From an uncultured delta proteobacterium (GTDB taxonomy: Bacteria; Desulfobacterota; Binatia; HRBIN30; BPIQ01): a stretch of DNA of 64,000 nt. This document shows positions 23,727 to 33,490 of the stretch, piece by piece (the first letter of the stretch is position 1; each line of letters starts with the position of its first letter). Below the pieces are notes generated by a model. That model was not told the DNA's origin. It made no database searches and worked only from the letters and a program-made list of their open reading frames with translations. The stretch spans positions 32,001 to 96,000 of the forward strand of contig CAVXGR010000016.1 in assembly GCA_963761335.1 (NCBI GenBank), given 5' to 3'. A program made the position numbers and the translations under genes.

Positions 23727-23873
23727 ATTTCTCCGTTCTCATTCCCGGTTCTCATCCCGTCGTTTTCCATTGTTCTGCGGGCTGCGTCAGATCTCGGCCG
23801 GCTCCGGGGTTACTGCCGCTCTCGGAGCGAATGGAAAACGACGGGATGAGAACCGGGAATGAGAACGGGAAAT
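23727..23873. repeat. Inverted-repeat element copy 3 (core orientation B)
   Basis: ~42-bp arms CCGTTCTCATTCCCGGTTCTCATCCCGTCGTTTTCCATT and reverse complement around a ~60-bp core. Confidence 0.92.
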
Positions 23874-23921
23874 TTGGAGGATTTCTCGAGGGGAGGACAA
23901 AAGACGCCGTGCGGGATGAAC

Positions 23922-24338
23922 TCACGTCCGCCGACGGCGCCGAGGTGTGTATCTGCCCGCGAGTAGCAGGAGAGGTGCCGCACCTCGACACCGGCCGTTC
24001 GCCATGGCGACGGCGTACGCCTCGCCCTCGTCGCGCAGCGGGTCGAGCTCGCAGGTGACCATGACCAGCACCTGGCCGGCGATCGGCGGACCGCAGGCGT
24101 CGCCGGCGCACTCGATTACCTTCACGGAGAAGCCGAGACCGCGCAGGCGGTGGAGGAGATACAGCCCGGCGAACCCCGCCCCCACGGCCACGGCGTCGAG
24201 GTGCGCAGCGCCGAGCCCGCAGGTCGCGACTTCCGTTTCCGTGGCGACGCCGATTTCTCTAGGAGAAGCGACGGTCTCTTCTCTCGCTACCCCGATATCA
24301 GCCGCGCGGAACGTGTCCGGAGTCGAGTGGTCGTCCCC
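23922..24338 (-). pseudogene. Internally deleted, diverged duplicate of the BVMO-esterase gene
   Basis: Three colinear blocks matching ~19504-19638, ~19821-19862 and ~21886-22126; start codon ATG changed to GTA. Confidence 0.85.
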
Positions 24339-24436
24339 CTGGCCGGGCACCGGTCTGTCGCCTGCCGCAAGCAACTGGCGCGCGGGAAGGCCCGGCTCCC
24401 CTTGCGCGCGCGCCAGACTGTACCTAAGACCGCTGC

Positions 24437-26319
24437 ATGGCGCGACGGTCCAAAGCCGACTCCTTTAGCGGGACGCTCAAGCCGGCGGACCCCTTTGAGC
24501 TCATCCGCTGGCTGGCGCGGTCGCAGCCCGATCCGCGCAAGGCTCTCGCCGAGCTCGTGCAGAACTCGATCGACGCCGGCGCACGGGAGGTCCACATCAC
24601 GCGACTGCGGGTGCGCGGCGTGACCGGCATCGTGATTCGCGATGACGGTGCCGGAGTGATTCCCGAGATGTCCCGCGACGAGGCCCTACGCTACATTGCC
24701 ACGCACATTGGCCACTCGCGCAAGGCGCAGCTGACGCCCGAGCAGCGGCGCGAGCTCATGCTACAGGGCAAGTACGGAATCGGCCTGCTCGGCTTCTGGG
24801 CGATCGGGCAGGCGCTGGAGATGCGCACGCAGATGGCCGGCGAGCCGTCGTGGGTGCTGCGGCTCCATGAGGACTCGCCTCGCTTCGAGGTCGAACGGGT
24901 GCGCTCCCGCCTGCAGCTCGGCGAGCGCGCCACCGAGGTCACCGTGCGTCACCTGCACCGGCCCGCTTTCTCGACGCTGAGCGGGCGGCGCATGGCAGAG
25001 TATCTCGCCGCCGAGCTGCGGGGCCAACTTCTCGGCCGCGGGGTGCGGATCCTGGTGCACGACAGAATCGGCCGCGGCCGCGCGCCGAAGGATCTCGAGG
25101 TGCGCCCGGCGCGCTTCCAGGGCCAGCGGCTGCCGCTGCCCGAGGAGATACCGGTCGACGGCTTCGCGCCGATCCGCGCCGAGATCTATCTGCTGCCGCA
25201 GGGCGAGGAGAGCGATCTGCGCGTCTCGGTGTCGGCGATGGGGACTCTCGTCTACGACGACGTCTGCGGTTTCGAGGCCGCCGATTTCCGCCGCCCGCCG
25301 TGGACCGACCACCGTCTCTCCGGGCTGCTCGAGTTTCGCGACTTTCAGGTGCCGCCCGGCTCCAGACGCGGCGTGCTCCCGGACGCGGCCGCACAGGCGT
25401 TTGCAGCAGCGCTGCGTCGCTGCGAGGGGCAGGTGCTCGCTGAGCTCGAGGCGGTGGAGGCTCGGGCCGCGGCGGCGCTCGAGGCAGACATGCTGCGCCA
25501 GCTGCAGCGGGTGTTTCGGGATCTGCCGCGGCTGGCGCCCGAGTACGACTTCTTCGGCATCCGCGACGGCGAAGGCGAGGCGGCGAGGAAAACCACTCCC
25601 GAGGGAGCGGGGATCGCGGCAGAGCCCCCGCCTTCGGGGAGGGCATGCCGCAAGCGGCGGTGGCGGAGGAGGACAGGCGCGAGTCGGCCGACCAGGTGGA
25701 TGTCTCCATGGCCGAGGAGGTGGAGGCGCAGCCTTCGTTGCTGCCGGCGGGGCCGCTGGCGGCATTGCATATCCGCCCTTCGGCGTCGCGGGTAGTGCGC
25801 CAGGGCACGAGGGCCTTGCGGGTCGAGGCGCGCGACGCCGCGGGAGTCCGCATCGAGCGCGATCTGCTGCTGCGCTGGAGCAGCGAGTCCGGCCTCGTCG
25901 CCGTCGCCGCCACCGGCCCGCGGACGGCGGAGGTGCGCGCCGGCAACGAGCTCGGCACGGCGATCGTACGCGCCGTCGCCGCCGAGGACGGACTGGAGGT
26001 CGCGGCCGAGGCCAAGGTGGCCGTGGTGATCGCCCTCGATCTGGATGCTGAGCGCGCCGGCATTCCCGAGCCGGTGTTTCTGAACGAACCCTACGCCGAG
26101 TGGCGTTCGCGGATGAGCTCCGGCAGCTGGGAGGTCAACGCCGGCCATCCGGATTTCCGTCACGCCTGTGAGAGCGCCCGGCGCAAGCTGCGCTACCTTG
26201 CTGCGCTGCTCGCCAAGGAGGTGGTCCTGCACTCCTTCCCGCAGCCCAATCTCGGCCCCAACCTGGAGCGTCTGGTGAGCGTCCTCTCGCTCACCGAGCG
26301 CCGTCTCGATCGCGGTTGA
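24437..26319 (+). CDS. GHKL (MORC/HATPase_c_3-type) ATPase, probably one gene split by a frameshift in the 25560-25790 linker
   Basis: ALAELVQNSIDA (N box), DDGAG (G1), GKYGIG (G2); overlapping ORF 25645-26319 supplies an Ig-like segment and a VNAGHPDF C-terminal domain. Confidence 0.75.
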
Positions 26320-26378
26320 CTCCTCCGCTGTGGGCGTGCATCAGGCTACCACGGACCCGACGACCGAGGAGCGCGATC

Positions 26379-27146
26379 ATGCCGATCCAGTGCTTCATCA
26401 TCATGCCCTTCGCCGATGAGTTCCTGCCGATTCGCGATGCGATCCGCGACGCGGTGGAATCGGCGTCCGACGGCGGAAGGGCGATCCGCGCCGACGACAT
26501 CTTTCGGCCCGGCAACGTTGTCGCCCAGGTCCAGAACGCGATCCGCGCCGCCGACTTCTGCGTCGCCGACGTCACGGGCAACAATCCGAACGTGATGTGG
26601 GAAGCGGGCTTCGCCAGTGCCCTGGGCAAGTCCGTGGTGGCCGTCCGGCAGAATGCCGAACAGCCTCCCTTCAACATCCGGGTCGACCGGATCTTCCAGT
26701 ACCAACGCGAGCGGCTCGACGACCTGCGTGACGAGCTGAAGAAGGTCAGTGCGCAGCTCCTCCCCGAGATCGAGGCGAACCCACCACCGCTCGGCTGGCG
26801 CTACGACGAGATCACCGAGCTGTCGCGTCGCCTGCGCCTCTGCACGCCCTTGCAGCAAGGCCGTGACCTCTTGTCGCTGCTCGGGGAGGCGGTGCGGGTC
26901 GATCGCAATGAACCCTGGGCGCGTGGCGACGAAGCGCGCCTGATGGCGGCGATCCAGCGGGTCCAGAGCTCCCCCACAGAACACCAGAACGCGTTTTGGT
27001 GGCTCACCGTGCACGGCCTCTTCGGCTACGACCAGATCCGTAGGTTCCAGAGCGGTGCCTCGAACGGGGTCCAGAGCAACCTTGAGCTCGTCGACCTCAC
27101 GCCCCGCGGCATCGCCTTCCTCGAGTGGCTCCGGCAACGCAATTGA
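26379..27146 (+). CDS. Nucleoside 2-deoxyribosyltransferase-like (N-glycosidase fold) protein with unknown C-terminal domain
   Basis: RBS GAGGAG; CFIIMPF, RADD, ADVTGNNPNVMWEAGFA.ALGK, PFNI. Confidence 0.8.
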   Translation: MPIQCFIIMPFADEFLPIRDAIRDAVESASDGGRAIRADDIFRPGNVVAQVQNAIRAADFCVADVTGNNPNVMWEAGFASALGKSVVAVRQNAEQPPFNIRVDRIFQYQRERLDDLRDELKKVSAQLLPEIEANPPPLGWRYDEITELSRRLRLCTPLQQGRDLLSLLGEAVRVDRNEPWARGDEARLMAAIQRVQSSPTEHQNAFWWLTVHGLFGYDQIRRFQSGASNGVQSNLELVDLTPRGIAFLEWLRQRN

Positions 27147-27523
27147 GGCGCCGCCAGGTGGCGTCGCACCCGGCTGTGCCTCGCCAGAAGCGCTTTCAAG
27201 ACCAGGGACGGTGCAGCTTGGACTGCAATGGCGGAGGCGCTTGGCGAAAAAGCGGGAACCGTTCCCGGTCGGCGTGAGCTCGATTGCTGTTCGTGTTGGC
27301 TGGAGCGATTTGATCGCCTGTTCAATACGTCGGTTGGGTTCCTCCGCTCCTTTCCTCTCGTTCTTGACAGGTAGCGAAGGGGCGGCCTACAAGCGGGCGG
27401 GGGGCGGAGGAAGCGCCATGGATGCAGGGTCGACATGAGGTGGAGGCCGTGCCAATCGCGACGAACATCGCTGTTCACGGACGGTTTCTGGGAGGCCCTC
27501 CCGTTGCCTGCGGTGGGAATTCG

Positions 27524-27625
27524 CTCCCCGTGGTGCTGCGGCGCGAGGAGGTGAAGGATGTGCTCGCGCAGCTGAGGGGCGACAAGTGGCTGATGGCGGC
27601 GCTTCTCTATGGCAGCGGGCTTCGC
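27524..27625 (+). pseudogene. Integron-integrase (IntI-like tyrosine recombinase) fragment
   Basis: LPVVLRREEVKDVLAQLRGDKWLMAALLYGSGLR matches the IntI patch I to box I pattern LPVVL...EV...LLYGxGxR; flanks are unrelated. Confidence 0.8.
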
Positions 27626-27628
27626 CGC

Positions 27629-27775
27629 AGCTCCGGCGACGCGACCCTGCTGCCGGCCATTCTCGCGGCCGCCGCCGAGCCCGCTCCGGCACCGAGCGCG
27701 GCGGAGCTCGAAGCCGACGGGGCGCGCCTCGGCATTGATCCTCTCTTCGTCCGCGGCATCAGTGAGGCGATCTGA
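27629..27775 (+). pseudogene. Displaced 3' end of an aldo/keto reductase (diverged copy of 14361-14507)
   Basis: SSGDATLL...PLFVRGISEAI* versus SSSDASLL...PLFVRGVSDAI*, ungapped. Confidence 0.85.
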
Positions 27776-27792
27776 AGGCGCGGAGAAAGCCT

Positions 27793-29688
27793 ATGTGCCG
27801 AGCTGTCGCCCTCCTCGGAGCAATGGCCATTCTGGGCTGGGGAGTTTCTGCTGTCGCCGAGAACGTGACCATCACCTTCTCTTCTCGGCCTCGGGCCTTT
27901 GTTACTTACGGTGGCGCGGTGTTCTTCCTCGCCGGCGAGATCGCCGAGCCAGTTCAGATCTGGCGAAGCGACGGAACCGAAAGCGGGACGGAGCTCGTCA
28001 CCTCCATGCACTCGATGAGCACCTGGTCAAAGGCCGCCGGGTCCCTCTATTTCGCAGGTGAAGATCAACGAGAAGGAGATGGCGGCTGGGAGCTATGGAA
28101 GACGGACGGCACGGTCGCGGGAACTGTGCTCGTCAAGGACATCTATGAAGGAACGCACAACTTGGGGTTTCCGGACCCACTCCCGAACGAGTCGTATCCA
28201 TCCGGCTTCGTGGAGCTCAACGGCAGTGTGCTGTTTCAGGCGACTGATGGCGAGCATGGACGCGAGCTGTGGGCGACGAACGGGACATCGATCGGGACGC
28301 GATTGGTGGCCGACATCGCCCCTGGTGCGGCATCCGCCTTCATCTATGATCCCTTCTATCCGTCGCCGCCGATGATTGCCGTCGGCGGCGCGGTGTTGTT
28401 CCTGCCAAACGACGGGATTCACGGCGACGAGCTCTGGCGAAGCGATGGGACTGAGCAGGGCACGTTCCTGGTGAAGGACATCAATCCTAGCGCCGACCGT
28501 TTCCAACCGGGCGCGACCCTCGATGAATTCGCGGTAGCGCAGGACCGCCTATTCTTCGCCGGAAATGATGGCGTTCACGGGAGAGAGCTGTGGGTGAGCG
28601 ATGGGTCGGAAGCGGGGACCCACATGGTCAAGGACATCAATCCGGGCCCGGAGTGGGCGCTCGGAATGTACCAGTTGTCGCCGATGGCGGAGCTCCACTC
28701 ATTCGTGTTCTTCAGCGCAACGGACGGTGTCCATCCGTACTATCTCTGGAGGACGGACGGCACGGAAGAAGGCACTCAAATCGTGCGCGACTCAGCAGAC
28801 GGACAGCCGATCGGCCCAGGCTGGACAATGACTCGAGTCGGCGATGTTCTGTTCTTCTTTGCGGCGCACGGAGAGAAGTCGGCGATTTGGAGGACCGACG
28901 CATCCGACGCAACCGCGAGCCTGGTCACCGATTGGCCCCCGGATGGCGGTTCTGCCTCGACGTTCATCGTCAACAGCCTGCACACGCCGTTCCTGGGGCT
29001 GATGCTCTTCAACAACTTCGATGACGCTCACGGAGTGGAGCTCTGGAGATCGGATGGGAGTGCCGCCGGGACGGAGTTGGTGGCAGATATCGCTCCCGGT
29101 CCCGCTTCGAGTATCCAATTCTCGGGTCAGGACTCTGCCGTTCTCGGAAAACTGCTGTTCTTTAGCGCCGATGACGGCACTCATGGAATCGAGCCCTGGG
29201 TAACCGACGGGACGCGAGAGGGGACTCGAATGCTCAAGAATCTGGCACCGGGTGATCGGGTAGTGACGGCGACCGCGACGCACACCATCGCCGTGAACAC
29301 GCAGACGCGGACGCCCGCCAGCTCACCGACTCCTTCACGTCAGCCCACGCCGACCAGGACTCTGCAAACGCCCCCGGTGACACTAACCTCGACGCCAATG
29401 CCGCCGGCAAGCGTCAGCCCGACCCCGACTCCACCGGGATGCCCCGGTGACTGCAATTTCGACGGCTCCCTCACCAGCGAAGATGTCCAGGTTGCCATCT
29501 CCGGGCTCTTCTCGACACATCTGCTTTGTCAGACAGTCGATTTCGATCGAGACGGACGCATTCGGGCTCACGAGATCCTTGGGTTGGTGGAGCAGATCGC
29601 CTCCGCCGCGTGCAACAACGCCACTGCGGCCAGGATGGCGGCGCCGGCGCCCTCCGGAGCGGCCTCGCCTGACCGGGCTGATCTTTGA
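27793..29688 (+). CDS. Secreted ELWxxDGT-repeat beta-propeller protein with Pro/Thr linker and dockerin-like tail
   Basis: Signal peptide; about 9 (E)LWxxDGT-like repeats; TPTP linker; CPGDCNFDG...DFDRDG. Confidence 0.9.
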   Translation: MCRAVALLGAMAILGWGVSAVAENVTITFSSRPRAFVTYGGAVFFLAGEIAEPVQIWRSDGTESGTELVTSMHSMSTWSKAAGSLYFAGEDQREGDGGWELWKTDGTVAGTVLVKDIYEGTHNLGFPDPLPNESYPSGFVELNGSVLFQATDGEHGRELWATNGTSIGTRLVADIAPGAASAFIYDPFYPSPPMIAVGGAVLFLPNDGIHGDELWRSDGTEQGTFLVKDINPSADRFQPGATLDEFAVAQDRLFFAGNDGVHGRELWVSDGSEAGTHMVKDINPGPEWALGMYQLSPMAELHSFVFFSATDGVHPYYLWRTDGTEEGTQIVRDSADGQPIGPGWTMTRVGDVLFFFAAHGEKSAIWRTDASDATASLVTDWPPDGGSASTFIVNSLHTPFLGLMLFNNFDDAHGVELWRSDGSAAGTELVADIAPGPASSIQFSGQDSAVLGKLLFFSADDGTHGIEPWVTDGTREGTRMLKNLAPGDRVVTATATHTIAVNTQTRTPASSPTPSRQPTPTRTLQTPPVTLTSTPMPPASVSPTPTPPGCPGDCNFDGSLTSEDVQVAISGLFSTHLLCQTVDFDRDGRIRAHEILGLVEQIASAACNNATAARMAAPAPSGAASPDRADL

Positions 29689-29777
29689 TGTTGTGCCTGC
29701 GGCATGGCGTGAGTCCTCTTCTGGCTCAACGCCACCGCGATACGGTGCAACGCCTGGGGATTGCAGCCACCCTCTGG

Positions 29778-29926
29778 TCATTCCCCGTTCTCATCCCCGG
29801 TTCTCATCCCGTCGTTTTCCATTGGCTCTGAGATTGGCGAGTAACCCCGGAGCCGGCCGAGATCTGACGCAGCCCGCAGAACAATGGAAAACGACGGGAT
29901 GAGAACCGGGAATGAGAACGGGAAAT
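29778..29926. repeat. Inverted-repeat element copy 4 (core orientation A), just downstream of tRNA-Leu
   Basis: Right arm identical to copy 3; core is the reverse complement of the copy 3 core. Confidence 0.92.
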
Positions 29927-29950
29927 TTGGGGGTTTCTCGAGGGAGGGAC

Positions 29951-30003
29951 AAAAACGCCGCTGCGGGATGAAGGCCGCTGCGGGATGAACCCGAGCGGCG
30001 TTT
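29951..30003 (-). terminator. Intrinsic terminator after tRNA-Leu
   Basis: AAACGCCGCT...AGCGGCGTTT stem with a T-run on the minus strand; loop contains a duplicated GCCGCTGCGGGATGAA. Confidence 0.6.
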
Positions 30004-30010
30004 CAAAAAG

Positions 30011-30094
30011 TGCGAGGAGGGGGACTTGAACCCCCACGGGTTTGACCCCACTAGCCCCTCAAGCTAGCGCGTCTGCCAGTTCCGCCATCCTCGC
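30011..30094 (-). tRNA. tRNA-Leu(GAG), CCA not encoded
   Basis: GCGAGGA/TCCTCGC acceptor stem, CTAGC-TTGAGGG-GCTAG anticodon arm, long variable arm, GGTTCAAGTCC T-arm; canonical position after secG. Confidence 0.97.
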
Positions 30095-30130
30095 AAGGTC
30101 GGGGAGAATCGTGTCGGCGCTGCCGGCGGC

Positions 30131-30664
30131 TCAGTTGGCGGCGGGCGCGGGCGGCGGCGCCTGCCCGGCGTTTTGTGCCGGGGGCGCGGCAGCCGGCGCG
30201 TTCATCGCCGGCGCCTCGTCGGCCTTGGCCTGCGGCTCCGCCGCCGGAGCCTGTGGCGCTGCGGCCGGCGGGTTGGCCTGCGGCAGCACCGCCGGGGCCT
30301 GGGCCTCGGGGGCAGGGGCCGCCGGTGGCGCGGCGCTCTGGCCGCCGGACTCCGGCGCTCCTGGCACCAGCGGCGCCCCCGGCGCCTGGATCGGCGGCGG
30401 CTCGGGCAGCGAGCTGTCGAAGACGCTGGCGCTGAGCCGCTCCGAGGCGAGGAAGGACAGGCCGAGCGAGGTGCACATGTAGATCACCGCCGCGGCCGTG
30501 GTCAGGCGCGTGAGGAAGTTGCCGGCGCCGCTGCTGCCGAAGATGGTGGCGCTGCTGCCGCCGAAGACGGCGCCCATGTCGGCGCCTTTGCCCTGCTGCA
30601 GCAGGACGACGAGCACCAGCACGCCGCAGGCGAGGATGTGAATCACGGTGAAGGCAATGGACAT
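30131..30664 (-). CDS. secG: Preprotein translocase subunit SecG with Pro/Ala-rich tail
   Basis: VLLQQGKGADMGAVFGG...NFLTRLT. Confidence 0.95.
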   Translation of the reverse strand: MSIAFTVIHILACGVLVLVVLLQQGKGADMGAVFGGSSATIFGSSGAGNFLTRLTTAAAVIYMCTSLGLSFLASERLSASVFDSSLPEPPPIQAPGAPLVPGAPESGGQSAAPPAAPAPEAQAPAVLPQANPPAAAPQAPAAEPQAKADEAPAMNAPAAAPPAQNAGQAPPPAPAAN

Positions 30665-30670
30665 TGACGG

Positions 30671-31426
30671 CTACCTTTGAAAGCGCACAATGCGCGCAAA
30701 TGCCTCGGCTTGCAAGCTCGCGCCGCCCACCAGGGCGCCGTCGACGTCGGCCTCGGCCATGAGTGTGTCGATGTTGTCGGGCTTGACGCTGCCGCCGTAT
30801 AGAATCCGGCACTCGGTGGCGGCGCCGCCGCCGCCGATCTCCAGCAGCAGGCCGCGAATCGCCCGGTGGACCTCCTGCGCCTGCTGCGGCGTCGCCACCT
30901 TGCCCGTGCCGATGGCCCAGACCGGCTCGTAGGCGAGCGTCACCCTGGGAAGCGCGCCTCTCTCGATGCCGGCGAGCCCCTCGCGCACCTGCCTCTCGAT
31001 TACCGACATGGTGGCCTTGCCCTCGCGCTCGGCGAGCGTCTCGCCGACACAGAGGATCGGCGCGAGCTCCGCCGCCAGCGCGGCGCGCACCCTCTTGTTG
31101 GCGCTGTCGTTGCTCTCGCCGAAATAATGGCGGCGCTCCGAGTGGCCGATGATCACGTGGGTGCAGCCCGCCTCCAGCAGCATCGCCGCCGACACCTCGC
31201 CGGTATAGGCGCCGTCCTTCTCCCAGAAGAGGTTCTGCGCCGCCAGGCGCACGCCAGTGCCGGAGAGCGTGCGCGCCGCCTGCTCAAGAAGCGTGTACGG
31301 CGGCGCCACCAGGACCTCGCGGTCGGCGTGCTCGGCGACCAGTACCACCGCCGAGCTCAGCAGCTCGGCGGCCAGCGCGTGGCTGCCGTTCATCTTCCAG
31401 TTGCCGGCGATCAGGGGGCGGCGCAT
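30671..31426 (-). CDS. tpiA: Triosephosphate isomerase
   Basis: AGNWKM, GHSERR, AYEPVWAIGTG, LVGGASL. Confidence 0.98.
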   Translation of the reverse strand: MRRPLIAGNWKMNGSHALAAELLSSAVVLVAEHADREVLVAPPYTLLEQAARTLSGTGVRLAAQNLFWEKDGAYTGEVSAAMLLEAGCTHVIIGHSERRHYFGESNDSANKRVRAALAAELAPILCVGETLAEREGKATMSVIERQVREGLAGIERGALPRVTLAYEPVWAIGTGKVATPQQAQEVHRAIRGLLLEIGGGGAATECRILYGGSVKPDNIDTLMAEADVDGALVGGASLQAEAFARIVRFQR

Positions 31427-31600
31427 CTCAGTGTCTCAGTGGCTCGGTGACTCAGTAGCTCGGTGGCCCGGTGTCTCAGTTTCTCAGTGTCTCAGTGGTC
31501 CGGTGACTTGGAAACCCGGAAACCCGGAAACCCGATCACCCGTTGTCCCAGTTACTTCGGCAACCGAGCCACCGAGAAACCGAGATACCGAGCCACTGAC
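31427..31600. repeat. Degenerate 8-bp tandem repeat array (16 forward and 5 inverted units)
   Basis: CTC(A/G)GTGN-like units in phase 31427-31554, CTTCGG, then NNACCGAG-like units 31561-31600. Confidence 0.85.
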
Positions 31601-32602
<1,002 letters not shown>

Positions 32603-32681
32603 GCAAAGCCTCCGGCGGGGTGTGGTTCCTGGGGGGCCTATCTCACGTTTCTCGCGGCCAGTCAACAAACTGACGGGCGCG

Positions 32682-32710
32682 TTGACTCGCGGACGAGCAT
32701 GTAATAGCGT
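32682..32710 (+). promoter_or_regulatory. Putative sigma70 promoter for the tol-pal operon
   Basis: TTGACT-N17-TAGCGT. Confidence 0.5.
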
Positions 32711-32740
32711 GTGGTTTCGCACGCTTGCGTGAGCATTTCT

Positions 32741-33481
32741 ATGGGTGGGGAATTGGCGTCAGCGGTCCTGGCGCAGGTGGGGGAGGTGGCCCGACAGGAC
32801 ACGGTTGTCACCATGGTGACCGGGGCGGGCCCGGTCGTCCAGGTCGTCCTCTATATTCTGATCCTGTTCTCGGTCTTCAGCTGGGCGATCATCGGCTACA
32901 AGCTGCTGCAGATCCAGCGGGCGCGGCGCGAGTCGGCGCGCTTCACCGACATCTTCTGGGAGACCAAGAACCTCACCTCCATCCACACCGCCAGCACCGA
33001 GCTCAAGCAGAGCCCAGTGGCGCACGTCTTCCGCGCCGGCTACCAGGAGCTGGTGCGCCTGATGCGCTCGAAGCGCCAGAGCAGTGGGGGTGAAGGGGAG
33101 ATCACCACCGAGCTCGGCGGCATCGACAATGTCGAGCGCGCCATGAAGCGCGCCACCAGCCAGGAGATCACCCGCCTGGAGCGCGCCCTGACCTTCCTCG
33201 CCACCACCGCCAGCACGACGCCTTTCATCGGCCTCTTCGGCACGGTGTGGGGAATCATGAATGCCTTTCGCGGCCTCAGCGTGACGCAGTCCTCCAGCAT
33301 CCAGGCGGTGGCGCCCGGCATCTCCGAGGCGCTGATCGCCACAGCCGCGGGCCTCGCCGCCGCCATCCCGGCGGTGGTCGGCTTCAACTACTTCGCCCGG
33401 CAGATCCGCGTGCTCTCCGCCGAGATGGAGAACTTCTCGGCGGAGTTCCTGAATATCGCCGAGCGCCACTTCCTCAAGTAG
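32741..33481 (+). CDS. tolQ: TolQ
   Basis: PFIGLFGTVWGIM, VAPGISEALIATAAGL; start approximate. Confidence 0.95.
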   Translation: MGGELASAVLAQVGEVARQDTVVTMVTGAGPVVQVVLYILILFSVFSWAIIGYKLLQIQRARRESARFTDIFWETKNLTSIHTASTELKQSPVAHVFRAGYQELVRLMRSKRQSSGGEGEITTELGGIDNVERAMKRATSQEITRLERALTFLATTASTTPFIGLFGTVWGIMNAFRGLSVTQSSSIQAVAPGISEALIATAAGLAAAIPAVVGFNYFARQIRVLSAEMENFSAEFLNIAERHFLK

Positions 33482-33490
33482 GGCCGGCGC

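Noticed and set aside
23922..24338. DGR template/variable repeat pair with the BVMO gene
   Set aside because: Differences are not adenine-specific, include indels and large deletions, and there is no reverse transcriptase in the window
25560..25795. Programmed -1 frameshift in the ATPase
   Set aside because: No canonical X XXY YYZ slippery site recognised; nearby genes also carry indels, favouring error or decay
30011..30094. Classic prophage/ICE attL-attR duplication of the tRNA 3' end
   Set aside because: No second copy of the tRNA 3' sequence and no phage or conjugation genes seen; only sequence downstream of the tRNA is duplicated
31427..31600. Octamer array as CRISPR or a protein-coding ORF
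   Set aside because: 8-bp period without spacers; overlapping track ORFs are antisense shadows of gap and tpiA
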